Notes: generated from the sequence alone by a model not told the origin. A stretch of DNA of 63,908 nucleotides, filler included, from an uncultured Synergistales bacterium (GCA_937897575.1; 10 parts of 10 records of this genome joined end to end with filler, not necessarily neighbours in it), one strand, 5' to 3'. Shown: positions 48,508-60,593, counted from the first letter of the whole stretch. A program made the numbers and translations.

Positions 48508-49204
48508 ACGGGCACCCCTTCCAGGAGCAGATCGTCACCCACCGCTCGAACGGTGCGCGTCCGGAGATACAGGGTCTCGTCCATGGAGGAGAACGTCAGG
48601 TCTCCCCCTATGGGGAGGTTCCTCCCCATGATCCTGGGCGAGAGAAAGAGGGCGAAGGCGTCCACGAGACCCTCCCTGATGAAGGATGATAGCACTGTCG
48701 GACCGCCCTCCACAAGCAGCGAGGAGACCCCTCTGTCGGCCAGCGCGACCAGAACGAAGGGGAGTTCGAGACGCCCCTCGTTGCCGGGGACCGCTACGAC
48801 CTCGGCCCCGTGGCCCCTCAGATCAGCGCATCGCCTTTCGTCGGCGTCGGGGCCGACGAAGACCAGGGCCCCCTTCGCGGCCCTCGCCTCGGGCGATGTG
48901 GCGCAGCGGGCGTCGAGGATGACCCGCAGCGGGTCGGGGCCGACGGTGTGCCGGACCGTGAGCTCCGGATCGTCCTTGGCCGCTGTTCCGGCACCGACCA
49001 GCACGGCGTCGTGCTCGGCACGCAGGAGGTGGGCGACGGTCCGCGCTTCGGGCCCCGTGATCCATTGGCTCTCCCCGTTGGCGAGGGCCATCCCGCCGTC
49101 GAGGCTCACAGCCGCTTTCGCCGTCACCCAGGGCCTGTTCATGGTCACCCTCCGGATGAAGCCCCTGTTGATCCACCGGCACTCCTCCTCGAGGACGCCC
49201 CTTT
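48489..49204 (-). CDS. ribD: Riboflavin biosynthesis deaminase/reductase, reductase half (5' truncated)
   Basis: PWVTAKAAVSLDG, SQWITG, DDPELTVR, LLVEGG. Confidence 0.93.
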
Positions 49205-49304
49205 NNNNNNNNNNNNNNNNNNNNNNNNNNNNNNNNNNNNNNNNNNNNTTAATTAATTAANNNNNNNNNNNNNNNNNNNNNNNNNNNNNNNNNNNNNNNN
49301 NNNN
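49205..49304. other. Artificial contig spacer
   Basis: N44-TTAATTAATTAA-N44. Confidence 0.99.
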
Positions 49305-50269
49305 CGGACGCGCGCTGTCTTCTCTGCCCTCACGGGTGCCTTCTGGCCCCGGGGGCGCGGGGGCGCTGCGGGGCCAGGGTCCATGTGCCGGAGAGAGGGC
49401 TGGTGGCCGCAACCTACGGGTTGATATCCTCTCTGGCCATAGATCCGATCGAAAAAAAACCGCTGTATCACTGGAACCCGGGGACTCTCACCCTGTCCCT
49501 CGGCTCCGTCGGCTGTTCCATGGACTGCCCCTTCTGCCAGAACTGGAGGATCGCGAGGCCGGAGGTCTTCGAGGACGTCCCCGTCCGATACCTGGGCCCC
49601 GAGGAGCCCGCGCGGCTCGCCGAGGAGGCGGGCGTTCCCTCCGTGTCCTTCACCTACAACGAACCCCTCGTCTCGTGGGAGTACCTTGTCGACGCCTCTC
49701 GGGTCCTGAAGGAGCGCCGCATCCCCGCCATCATCGTCAGCAACGGGCTGATCTCCGAGGCGCCCCTGCAGGAGCTAACGCCGCTCGTCGCAGCGGCCAA
49801 CATCGACCTGAAGGCCTGCGGCGAGGAGCAGTACCGCACGCTGGGCGGACGGCTCGGGACGGTCCAAAGGACCATCGCCCTCCTCATCGAGGCGGGCGTC
49901 CACGTGGAGGTGACCTTCCTGCTCGTCCCCGGGCTCAACGACGAGATGACCCCCTTCCTCGAAATGGTACAATGGCTGTCGGAGCTGTCCCCCCAGCCCG
50001 TGCTGCACATCTCGCGGTACTTCCCGAACCGTCGATGGACCGAGGGGGCGACGCCTGAGGCCCTCATGGCGGAGTACGTACAGCGGGCCTCGGAGAGGCT
50101 GGTCTACGTGTACGCCGGCAACGGAGGCGACGAGAACAGCACGCTCTGCCGTCACTGCGGAAAGACCCTCGTCCTCAGGCGAGGGTTCCGGGTCACGGCC
50201 ATGAACGTGGACCCGGCGGGGCGCTGTATGCACTGCGGCAATCCCACGCCCGTCGTCATGACGCTCTGA
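49305..50269 (+). CDS. amrS: AmmeMemoRadiSam system radical SAM enzyme, 5' truncated
   Basis: CLLCPHGC, DPIEKKPLYH, GCSMDCPFCQNW, FTYNEP, NIDLK, YVYAGN..TLCRHCG. Confidence 0.9.
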
Positions 50270-50289
50270 GCGCAAGGAGGTTCTTTGAA

Positions 50290-51315
50290 ATGGGAAAGCG
50301 CATCGCCATCCTGTGTGTCCTGCTCGCGCTCCTCGGCGGCGGAGCGCTCTGGCACTTCATCACCCGCCCCGGCGTGCCCTGGGACAGAGTCGTCTCCCTG
50401 GGTTCGGGCGACCCGATCCCCGTCGTCGTCCGGCCGGGGATGAACGGACGCCAGGCCGCCGCCGAGTTCGAGAAGGCCGGCATCGTCGAACAGGGGAGGG
50501 CGGGCGACCTCGCCCGATGGATGGCCAGATTCTCCATCGACCGGGCCCTTCATCCGGGCACCTACCTCCTGCGGCGGGGGACCCCGTGGAAGGTGGCGCG
50601 GCAGCTGGAGGCGGCGAAGTCCACGTTGACGAGCGCCACGATCGTCCCCGGGACGGACCTCTTCTCCCTGCCCGAGTCCATCTCCGCCGTCCCTCTGAAG
50701 AAGGAGGAGCTGGAGTCGCTTCTCATGGACGACGCGCTGTACCCCAAGGAGTTGGCCGCCCTTCTCCCCGACTCCGCCGAGGGGCGGGTCGCCTTTCTCT
50801 TTCCCGAGACCTACTACGTGGCGGAGAAGCGGGCGGAGGAGGTCATCGCCTCGGCGTCGGCGCTCTGGTGGAGCAGGGTCGGCAACGCCATCCCCCCTGC
50901 GGACAGAACGAAGGAGCGGGTGGGCGAGCTGGCCGTCGTGGCCTCGCTGGTGGAGCGCGAGGGCTACTGGGACGACGAGCGGCCCAGGATAGCCGGCGTC
51001 ATTGCCAACAGGCGCGCGCGCGACATGGCGCTCCAGATAGACGCCACGGTGGTCTATGCGTGGAAGCGAACGGGCAGGACGCTGACGAGGGTCCTGCACA
51101 AGGACCTCGAGGTCGACTCGCCCTACAACACCTACAGGGTGCCCGGCCTGCCCCCCACGGCCATTTGCACGTCGTCGTGGGAGTCCTGGAGCGCCGTGCT
51201 GGCCCCCGAGAGGACGGAGTACCTCTACTACGTGGCGCAGGAGGACAGGCGACACCTCTTTGCCACGACCTACAACGGGCACCTGCAGAACATCCGCGCC
51301 GTGCGGAAGAAATGA
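50290..51315 (+). CDS. mltG: Endolytic transglycosylase MltG
   Basis: N-terminal TM, FLFPETY, ASLVERE, LQIDATV, DSPYNTY..GLPP. Confidence 0.93.
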   Translation: MGKRIAILCVLLALLGGGALWHFITRPGVPWDRVVSLGSGDPIPVVVRPGMNGRQAAAEFEKAGIVEQGRAGDLARWMARFSIDRALHPGTYLLRRGTPWKVARQLEAAKSTLTSATIVPGTDLFSLPESISAVPLKKEELESLLMDDALYPKELAALLPDSAEGRVAFLFPETYYVAEKRAEEVIASASALWWSRVGNAIPPADRTKERVGELAVVASLVEREGYWDDERPRIAGVIANRRARDMALQIDATVVYAWKRTGRTLTRVLHKDLEVDSPYNTYRVPGLPPTAICTSSWESWSAVLAPERTEYLYYVAQEDRRHLFATTYNGHLQNIRAVRKK

Positions 51316-51647
51316 CGGAGCGGACGGCGGAGTCCATCGCCCCGGACATGGGGCGTCTGCTCATCGAGCTCCCGGGCGAGGAGATCGTTCTGCTGAGCTG
51401 GATCGTATCGGAGTACGACGGGCTTGGATTCGTCACATCCGAACGGGTGCTCGCCCCGAAGGAGCGCGGCGGGGGAAGTCGATGGCTGGTCTCCCTGTAC
51501 TACCCGGGAGAAAGACGGCAGGACGTGCTAGAATTACTGACGAACCTAGGCAAAGAGGGGATCGGGCTTTCTGTGCTCGGCGAGGAACCGCCTCGCCCCC
51601 AGCGGAGCGGGAGCAACCGGGAGGAGACCCACGACTATGAGCATTAA
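51312..51647 (+). CDS. Small hypothetical protein (DUF4911-like)
   Basis: IVLLSWIVSEYDGLGFV; ATGA-coupled to mltG. Confidence 0.6.
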   Translation: MTERTAESIAPDMGRLLIELPGEEIVLLSWIVSEYDGLGFVTSERVLAPKERGGGSRWLVSLYYPGERRQDVLELLTNLGKEGIGLSVLGEEPPRPQRSGSNREETHDYEH

Positions 51648-52998
51648 CGCGAAAATGGAATCCGCCATGACGGGCCTTCTTCGGGAGGGAGCGGACTACG
51701 CCGACATCTATTTCGAGACGGGGTCGTCCCACTCCTGCTTCTTCGAGGACAGGGCCTTCGAGGAGATCACCTCCTCCCGCAGAGAGGGCATAGGCGCCAG
51801 GGTGGTTCGGAACGACGAGGTCGCCTACGTCCACGGGCCCGGCGCCACCGCCTCCGAGGCCGTCTTCTACCTCGGGGAGGCCGCGAAGGCCGGCGGGATC
51901 GCCGCCCCGCAGGACCCTTTCCCCGCCCTTCGGATCATGGAGCGGCCCGCCCCTCTGCCGGCGCCCCGGCGCGACTTCTTCCACGACCTGGATGGTCGGA
52001 TCCGCCGGTCGTCCCTCTGGGTGCGGCAGGTGTCCATGCACTTCGAGACGGCGGAGAAAACCTGCACCGTGTTCACCAGCGACCGCACCATCGCCAGGGA
52101 CAGGCGAATCTACACCCTTTTCAGCGTCGAAGTGGTGCTCGAGAAGGACGGGGACCTCCAGACGGGGTACGAGTCGGCGGCCTTCGCCCTCGGCGAAGGG
52201 GACTTTTTTGACAGGGTGACGCCCCTCCAGGTCGCCGAGAGGGCTCTCGCCAGGGGGCTTTTGCTGCTCGACGCCCCGCCCTGCCCCGCGGGGGCAATGA
52301 CGGTCCTCCTCTCCGGGGAAGCCGGAGGGACCATGATCCACGAGGCCTGCGGCCACGGTCTCGAGGCGGACATCGTCCAGAAGGACTTCTCTCCGTACCG
52401 GGACAAGATCGGCCAGACTGTGGCAAGCCCGCTCGTCACCCTTGTGGACGACGGGACGCTCCCCGGCGCCTTCGGCAGCGGCTCCTGCGACGACGAGGGA
52501 ACGCCCTGCGGCCGGACGGTCCTGATAGAGCAGGGCGTGCTGAAGGGGTACATGACCGACGTCCTCTCGGCGCGGCGGGGCGGGCTGCCCCGCACAGGCA
52601 ACGGCAGGCGAAGCTCCTACCGCGCCGTGCCCCAGCCGAGGATGACGAACACCTTCATCGAGCCCGGTGCGACGCCGCTGAGCGAGATGCTTCGGACCAT
52701 GAAGCGGGGGCTTGTCGTGAAGCGAATGGGCGGCGGCGAGGTGAACCCCACGTCCGGTGACTTCGTCTTCCAGGTCACCGAGGGCTACCTCGTCGAGGAC
52801 GGCGTGATCCGTCATCCGGTGCGCGGAGCGACGCTGACGGGGAACGGGCCCGAGGCGTTGCGGAACATTCAGGCCGTCGGGGACGATCTGCACTTCCTGC
52901 ACGGCATGTGCGGCAAGGGCGGGCAGAGCGTGCCCGTCACCGACGGACAGCCGTCGCTCTTGATCGGCAATCTGGTGGTAGGAGGCACGGACGCGTAG
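51637..52998 (+). CDS. tldD: TldD family metalloprotease
   Basis: HEACGHGLEAD, DDEG, GNGRR, PRMTNT, CGKGGQSVPV. Confidence 0.93.
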   Translation: MSINAKMESAMTGLLREGADYADIYFETGSSHSCFFEDRAFEEITSSRREGIGARVVRNDEVAYVHGPGATASEAVFYLGEAAKAGGIAAPQDPFPALRIMERPAPLPAPRRDFFHDLDGRIRRSSLWVRQVSMHFETAEKTCTVFTSDRTIARDRRIYTLFSVEVVLEKDGDLQTGYESAAFALGEGDFFDRVTPLQVAERALARGLLLLDAPPCPAGAMTVLLSGEAGGTMIHEACGHGLEADIVQKDFSPYRDKIGQTVASPLVTLVDDGTLPGAFGSGSCDDEGTPCGRTVLIEQGVLKGYMTDVLSARRGGLPRTGNGRRSSYRAVPQPRMTNTFIEPGATPLSEMLRTMKRGLVVKRMGGGEVNPTSGDFVFQVTEGYLVEDGVIRHPVRGATLTGNGPEALRNIQAVGDDLHFLHGMCGKGGQSVPVTDGQPSLLIGNLVVGGTDA

Positions 52999-52999
52999 C

Positions 53000-54793
53000 A
53001 TGGGCATATTCTCGAGAGGAAAGAAACAGGCGGAACCGGTCAAGAGACCCCGGGCCGCGAAAAAAGAACGGCCTGGCGGAGGGGCGCTGTCCCTCTGGCT
53101 GGAGGTGGCCGTGTTCTTGCTCTTCGCCTTTTTGCTGTACACCCTGGCCTCCCTCTTCTCCCTCCGCACGGGCGCCTGGGGGGAGAGGATACGGTTCTCC
53201 CTCCTTCAGAACATGGGCGGCGCCATCCTCATCCCGGTGCTCTTCTGCATCTACCTGTGCGTCGCCTTCTTCCTGAAGAGCGGGACGGCCAATTTCTTCA
53301 AGCAGCTGCTCGGATCCTTCCTTCTCTTCCTCTGCACGGCCCTTCTTCTCGGGCTTTTCCGCATGGCCCGCCTCTTCTCGGCCTCGGGCGTCCTCTCGCC
53401 CGGATACCTGGGCGACGGACTGGCCATCTTCTTCACCCGCAACATCGGCACCTTCGGGACCTTTTTGCTGGGGCTCGCGACCCTCGTGCTCACGGCCACG
53501 CTCTACGGCCTTCTTCAGCCCGCCTCCATCGCGGCGAAAGGGGCGGCCTTCGTCAAGACGCTGGGCTCCGTCCGGCGCCTCCGCCCCCGGTCGAGCCGAG
53601 AAGACGCCGGCGACGGTCCGCTGCCAACGCCATCTCCGTCGGCCCTCAGGGAGGACGCCCCCTCCCTCTCCCGCAGTCGCGAGCTCACTTTCTCCGACGA
53701 GGAGCAGGGGGGCGAGTTCCCCATGATCCCCGCAGACGAGAGGGAGACACCGCGTCAGGAGCCCTCCGCGCCCGAGGAGGACCTGCCGGTGGATGTCGCC
53801 CCAGAGGACGGCCCTGCGCCGGACGAACCGGAGGGCGACCCCAGCGCCGTTCCCGAGATTCAGTTCAACGAGGAGGAAGGGTCGGAGAAAAAGGTCCGGG
53901 GCGGCACCTTCCCGCCCCCTCCCGATCTCTTCGGACCAAGGCAGCAGGAGGACTCGGCCGAGCAGAACGACGCCGTCCGGGAGCAGGGGAACGCCATCAT
54001 CGGCACCCTCTCGGACTTCGGCATCCAGGCCGAGCTGGCGGACGTGATCATCGGTCCGACGGTCATCCAGTTCCAGCTCCAGCTCGCGCCGGGGATCAAG
54101 GTCAGCAGGGTGGCGGGGCTGAGCAACGACCTCGCCGTGGGACTCGCCGTCCCCGCCATTCGCGTGGAGGCCCCCATCCCCGGCAAACCCTACGTGGGCG
54201 TGGAGATCCCGAACCCGAAGCGGCGGGGGATCTCCATACGGACGATCCTCGAGTCCCCGGCCTATCAGGAGAACGAGAACGACCTCCCGCTCCCCATGGG
54301 AGTCCGGGTGGACTCCCGCCCCCTCGTGATCGGCCTCGAGGAGCTGCCGCACCTTCTCGTTGCCGGCACCACGGGGTCGGGGAAGAGCGTCTTCGTCACG
54401 AGCTGCATCACGGGGCTGTGCACCCACCGGACGCCAGAGGAGCTCCGGCTGATCCTCATCGACCCCAAACGGGTGGAGCTCAGCATCTACGAGAACCTTC
54501 CCCATATGCTCGCCAAGCCCGTCGTGTCCCCCAAGAAGGCGGTGCAGGCCCTTGCCTGGGCCGTCCGCGAGATGGAGCACCGCTACGAGGTCTTCGCCAG
54601 AGCCCGGGTCCGCAACCTGAAGTCCTACAATCAGGCCGTCCTTCCCAAAGCCCAGCTTCCTCACATCGTCATCGTGGTGGACGAGCTGGCGGACCTCATG
54701 TTCACCGCCCAGAAGGACGTGGAGGACTACATCTGCCGCCTGGCCCAGATGGCCAGGGCGACGGGCATCCACCTGATCCTGGCGACCCAGCGC
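53000..54793 (+). CDS. ftsK: DNA translocase FtsK/SpoIIIE, 3' truncated
   Basis: N-terminal TMs, acidic linker, IRVEAPIPGK, PHLLVAGTTGSGKS, VVDELADLM, RATGIHLILATQR. Confidence 0.96.
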
Positions 54794-54893
54794 NNNNNNN
54801 NNNNNNNNNNNNNNNNNNNNNNNNNNNNNNNNNNNNNTTAATTAATTAANNNNNNNNNNNNNNNNNNNNNNNNNNNNNNNNNNNNNNNNNNNN
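54794..54893. other. Artificial contig spacer
   Basis: N44-TTAATTAATTAA-N44. Confidence 0.99.
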
Positions 54894-54920
54894 GCGTTCT
54901 CCGGCGGAGGGAGGAAGAAC

Positions 54921-55238
54921 ATGTACGCTATTGTTGAAACAGGCGGAAAGCAGTACCGCGTTCAGGAAGGGGACGTCATTCGCGTGGAGCGTCTCGCCGT
55001 CGAAGACGGCGAAGCGGTCGTCCTCGACAAGGTCCTTCTCGTGGGGCAGGATGACGGAGTGCTCGTCGGGACACCCTATCTGCAGGGTGCGTCGGTCAGC
55101 GCGTCCGTCGTCACCAGCGGCAAGGGGGACAAGGTCATCGTCTTCAAGTACAAGAGCAAGAAGAACTACCGTCGCCTGAGAGGGCACCGGCAGCTGTTCA
55201 CGGATATCAGGATCGACGGCATCACCGCCGGGGCGTGA
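54921..55238 (+). CDS. rplU: 50S ribosomal protein L21
   Basis: MYAIVETGGKQY, GHRQ. Confidence 0.99.
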   Translation: MYAIVETGGKQYRVQEGDVIRVERLAVEDGEAVVLDKVLLVGQDDGVLVGTPYLQGASVSASVVTSGKGDKVIVFKYKSKKNYRRLRGHRQLFTDIRIDGITAGA

Positions 55239-55239
55239 C

Positions 55240-55566
55240 GTGACGGAGATATCCGTAGGCCTTCGCGACGGGCGGGCTGTCTTCCTGACCGTAGAGGGGC
55301 ACACGGAGTTCTCCGAGAAGGGACGGGACGTCGTCTGCGCGGCCGTATCCGCCCTTGTTCAAGCGCTGCGGTTCGGCTTCGAGTCCGTCCTGAAGGATGA
55401 GAGGATCCTGTACCGCGGAGACGGCGAGAGGCCGTCCATGACCCTCGACTGGCGGAGCAGCGGCGGCGAAGGGGACATCCTCGTCCAGACGGTGATCGGA
55501 TCCTTGCGGGAAATCGCCCGGGCATATCCGGGAAATGTGCGTATCGTGGAGGTGCACGAACAATGA
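55240..55566 (+). CDS. prp: Ribosomal-processing cysteine protease Prp (YsxB)
   Basis: GH......G.DVVCAAVS; lies between rplU and rpmA. Confidence 0.93.
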   Translation: MTEISVGLRDGRAVFLTVEGHTEFSEKGRDVVCAAVSALVQALRFGFESVLKDERILYRGDGERPSMTLDWRSSGGEGDILVQTVIGSLREIARAYPGNVRIVEVHEQ

Positions 55567-55853
55567 CGTGGAACTTTGATCTGCAATTCTTCGCCCACAA
55601 GAAGGGGCAGGGCAGCAGCACGAACGGCCGCGACAGCGACGGCAAGAGGCTCGGCATCAAGAAGTACGCCGGAGAGGACGTCGTCGCCGGAAATATTCTG
55701 GTCAGGCAGCGAGGGACGAAGATCCATTACGGCAAAAATGTCGGAATGGGGAAGGACAACACCCTCTTCGCCATGAGCGCCGGAAGAGTCTCCTACGAGA
55801 CGAAGGGGAAGAAAAAGGTGGTCTCCATCATCGCCGCGGAGACGGCCGAGTAG
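55563..55853 (+). CDS. rpmA: 50S ribosomal protein L27 with N-terminal propeptide
   Basis: [25 protein letters not shown]. Confidence 0.99.
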   Translation: MTWNFDLQFFAHKKGQGSSTNGRDSDGKRLGIKKYAGEDVVAGNILVRQRGTKIHYGKNVGMGKDNTLFAMSAGRVSYETKGKKKVVSIIAAETAE

Positions 55854-56002
55854 CCGTTCCCTCTCTCACCAGGCGCCATCAGAACGTGCAGCCTTTCAAG
55901 GGGCCCTGCGTCATCTCTTTCAGGCGGTGAACTTCCGTCGCCCTGAAGAGAGGGGAGGGTCCTTCATTTTTTCCGTGCTTCACAAGATCGTAGAGTTGGT
56001 GA

Positions 56003-57355
<1,353 letters not shown>

Positions 57356-57370
57356 CGAACGGAGGCGGTC

Positions 57371-58009
57371 ATGGCGGTGCGAGGTGGCCGGAAAGAGGTT
57401 CGACGAATAGGGATCATGGGGGGCACCTTCGACCCCGTGCACTTCGGGCATCTTCTTGCGGCGGAGGAGAGCAGGCGGGCCCTCGACCTGAGCGAGGTCA
57501 TCTTCATTCCTGCCGGAGATCCCGCCCATAAACGCCAGCGCCGGGTCGCCTCCCCCGAGGACCGGTACATTATGACGCTCCTCGCCATCCTCGACAACTC
57601 GTACTTCACGCCGTCGCGGATCGAGATCGACCGCAAGGAGCCGAGCCACACCGTGGACACCCTGAGGGAGATGCGCCACTGGTACGCGCCCGAGAAGGTT
57701 CAGTTCTACTTCATAACGGGGCTCGATGCCGTGCTCGGCATCACATCCTGGAAGGAACACGAGGCCCTTCCCGGTCTGTGTCGCATCGTCGCCGCAAGCC
57801 GGCCGGGCTACATGCCCGAGAAGATCAAGGCACTCCCCAGGGAGGTGCGGGACGCCATCATCCCCATCGAGATCCCCCTCCTCTCCATTTCGAGCACCGA
57901 CATCCGACAGAGGATCGAGGACGGAAAGAGCATCAAATACCTCCTTCCGGATCGGGTGGAGCAGTACATCTACAAGAAGAAGCTCTACAGGAAGAGGTCG
58001 GAGGCGTGA
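57371..58009 (+). CDS. nadD: Nicotinate-nucleotide adenylyltransferase
   Basis: GGTFDPVHFGH, FITGLD, ISSTDIR. Confidence 0.97.
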   Translation: MAVRGGRKEVRRIGIMGGTFDPVHFGHLLAAEESRRALDLSEVIFIPAGDPAHKRQRRVASPEDRYIMTLLAILDNSYFTPSRIEIDRKEPSHTVDTLREMRHWYAPEKVQFYFITGLDAVLGITSWKEHEALPGLCRIVAASRPGYMPEKIKALPREVRDAIIPIEIPLLSISSTDIRQRIEDGKSIKYLLPDRVEQYIYKKKLYRKRSEA

Positions 58010-58012
58010 GCC

Positions 58013-59278
58013 ATGAAATTCACTAAATTCGCTGTAATCCTTCTGCTGGCCGTCATCGCAGCATTCGGAGGAGCCGCGTTGCGCGTGCGGTCCTTCGTCG
58101 ACCCGGAACCGCAGACCATCAAGGACTCCATCTCCTTCATCGAAGAGTCGGGTTCCGTCAACATCCTCCTCGTCGGCATCGATAACGTCGACGGAGGGCG
58201 CCGAGCGGACGCCATCGCCTTCACATCGGTGGACATCGACAACAAGGTCGTCCGCCTCATGTCCATCCCGAGGGACACGAGAGTCCAGATCCCGGGACGG
58301 GGGTGGGACAAGATCGGTCACGCCTACGCCTACGGCAGCCTTCCGCTTCTGCTCGAGACGGTGGTGAACTACCTCGGGCAGCCCATCAACTACTACGTCC
58401 TCGTCAACTACGACTCCTTCCCCTCGGTGATCAACCTCCTCGGCGGAATCGAGATCGACGTGGAGCGCCGAATGGTGTACAACGACTACGCCGGCAAGCT
58501 GTTCATCAACATCCCGAAGGGGCGGCAGGTCCTGGACGGGAAAAACGCCCTGCACTACGTCCGCTTTCGTCACGACGCCCTCGGCGACATAGGGAGGGTC
58601 GAACGGCAGCAGCAGTTCGTCCAGGCCGTGCTGAAGAAGGTGCAGTCTCCCGCCATGATCCCGAAGATACCGGAGCTGGTGCAGAAGGCCATCGAGATGG
58701 TCCAGTCCGACATGACGCCGGCCCAGGCGCTGCAACTGGCCTCCTACCTCAGGGATCTGCCCCCGGAGAACATGGTCTTCTTCACGCTGCCGGGGAAGGC
58801 CGCCTATATCTCCAACCTGAGCTACTGGATAGGGGACATCACGGCGGCGTCCCAGCTCCTTGCCACCGTGCCGGAGACCAAGGAGTCCGTCGCCTCCGAC
58901 GATCTTCAGGCCGTTCAGCCCGCCCCCGAAAAACTGGACGTCCAGGCGCTCGTCTCGTCCATGACCGTGCCGGTGATGATCCTGAACGGGTCAGGAGCAC
59001 CTGGGATCGGCAAGCAGGCGGCGACGGCGCTGCAGAAGATCGGTGTGGACGTGAGCCGTACGGGCAACGCAAAGCACTTCGACTACCGGACAACGACGAT
59101 TCAGGTGCCGGAGACGGCCACCGACGCGCTCATGGAGGAGGCAAGAACCCTCGGCGCCATCGTGGGGGTGGACCGACGGCTGATCACGCGGCGGGCAGGC
59201 GTGACGGCCACGACGATCATTCTTGGCAAGGACATGGAGAAGGTCCTGAAAAGGCTCGACCAACTCGCGGCAAACTGA
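58013..59278 (+). CDS. LCP (LytR-CpsA-Psr) family protein with LytR_C domain
   Basis: NILLVGID, RADAI, SIPRDT, YVRFRHD..GDIGRVERQQ, ILNGSG..G. Confidence 0.92.
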   Translation: MKFTKFAVILLLAVIAAFGGAALRVRSFVDPEPQTIKDSISFIEESGSVNILLVGIDNVDGGRRADAIAFTSVDIDNKVVRLMSIPRDTRVQIPGRGWDKIGHAYAYGSLPLLLETVVNYLGQPINYYVLVNYDSFPSVINLLGGIEIDVERRMVYNDYAGKLFINIPKGRQVLDGKNALHYVRFRHDALGDIGRVERQQQFVQAVLKKVQSPAMIPKIPELVQKAIEMVQSDMTPAQALQLASYLRDLPPENMVFFTLPGKAAYISNLSYWIGDITAASQLLATVPETKESVASDDLQAVQPAPEKLDVQALVSSMTVPVMILNGSGAPGIGKQAATALQKIGVDVSRTGNAKHFDYRTTTIQVPETATDALMEEARTLGAIVGVDRRLITRRAGVTATTIILGKDMEKVLKRLDQLAAN

Positions 59279-59315
59279 GAAAAACTACGGGACGAAGGGA
59301 GCAGGTGATCGCAGC

Positions 59316-59675
59316 GTGAGCGAGAAGAGTGAGGCCCTGAGAAAATATGACTTCCTGTACGATGCCCTGGCGAACAAGAGGGGATTGGACATTACGGCGC
59401 TCTATCTGGGCGAGGACTCCTACGTTTCGGACGTCTTCATCCTGGTGACCGCCAACTCGGACATCCATATGGGGACCCTCAGGGACGCCGCCCTCGAGGC
59501 CCTGCACGCCCACGGGTTCAGCACCTCCGTCGAGGGGCGCGAGAGCCTTCGGTGGTGTCTGGTGGACGCCGGGGAGGTGGCGGTGCACATCTTCAGCGCG
59601 CCGGGGCGTGAGCAGTACAAGCTGGACAAGCTCTGGGGCGACGCGCCATCGTACCATCATTCCTACCGGGAGTAG
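59316..59675 (+). CDS. rsfS: Ribosome silencing factor
   Basis: KRGLDI, DVFILVTA, WCLVDAGEVAVHIF..R..YKLDKLW. Confidence 0.93.
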   Translation: MSEKSEALRKYDFLYDALANKRGLDITALYLGEDSYVSDVFILVTANSDIHMGTLRDAALEALHAHGFSTSVEGRESLRWCLVDAGEVAVHIFSAPGREQYKLDKLWGDAPSYHHSYRE

Positions 59676-59747
59676 CGAATGACATGGAGGCCCCTGGGCA
59701 AGAGGGGCACGGACATAAAGAGAAAACGAACCGTCCCGCATACAGAA

Positions 59748-59780
59748 GACCCCCGGCAGAAATGCGCCGGGGGTCCTTTC
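59748..59780. terminator. Terminator between rsfS and convergent tpiA
   Basis: GACCCCCGGC-loop-GCCGGGGGTC-CTTTC. Confidence 0.75.
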
Positions 59781-59798
59781 ATGGCAAAACGATTTTAA

Positions 59799-59826
59799 GT
59801 GTCCTATAATATATCTTATGTGATGC
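59799..59826. other. dif-like XerC/D recombination site
   Basis: GTGTCCTATAA-TATATC-TTATGTGATGC; 11-6-11 layout resembling Firmicutes dif ACTTCCTA(G/T)AA-TATATA-TTATGTAAACT. Confidence 0.65.
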
Positions 59827-59828
59827 TA

Positions 59829-60382
59829 TTAACCCTCCGTGGCCCGCCGATAGGACTCGTATATCCCGAGGAACTTGTCCACGTCCAAGGACGCCCCTCC
59901 GACCAGTCCTCCGTCGATGTCCGGCTGTTCGAAAAGGCCGGCGGCGTTCTTCTCGTTGACGCTCCCTCCGTACAGAACGGGCACCGTCACGACGGCTCCG
60001 TATTTCTTCCGGACCCCGTCCCGGACGTGCCGACATACGGCCTGGGCATCCTCGGGCAACGCGTTCTTTCCCGTCCCTATGGCCCACACGGGCTCGTAGG
60101 CAAGAAGCACGTTCCCCATGGAGTCGCCCGGGACGCCATCGAGCGCCGTCGAAAGCTGCCGGTCCACCACGTCCGTCGTCGCTCCCGATTCGCGTTCGGC
60201 AAGGGTCTCGCCGAAGCACAGGACGGCCTTCAGCCCGAGGTCCAGAGCCCTCTTCAGCTTGGTCGCCACGATCTCGTCGTCGTCGGCGAAGAGGCTTCGC
60301 CGCTCGCTGTGGCCGACGAGGACGTGGGTGCACCCCAGATCCCGGACCATGGCCATGGATACGGCGCCCGTGTAGGCCCCCC
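59829..60382 (-). CDS. tpiA: Triosephosphate isomerase, 5' truncated
   Basis: GAYTG, GHSERR, AYEPVWAIGTG, LYGGSV, DGGLVGGAS. Confidence 0.97.
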
Positions 60383-60482
60383 NNNNNNNNNNNNNNNNNN
60401 NNNNNNNNNNNNNNNNNNNNNNNNNNTTAATTAATTAANNNNNNNNNNNNNNNNNNNNNNNNNNNNNNNNNNNNNNNNNNNN
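60383..60482. other. Artificial contig spacer
   Basis: N44-TTAATTAATTAA-N44. Confidence 0.99.
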
Positions 60483-60593
60483 GCCACTTCCCCATGTGAG
60501 GGCATCCGCCCACGGGGGCGCCCTTGATCGAAAGCGACCAACCTTTTTGGCCTCCGGGCCATTTTCTATTCTTTAGCTTCTATTGTGGCAAGT

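Noticed and set aside
60483..60593. Possible riboswitch downstream of metF on the minus strand (TTGCCA promoter-like element, GGGAAG)
   Set aside because: Truncated by the contig end and lacks a recognisable cobalamin, SAM or THF aptamer core
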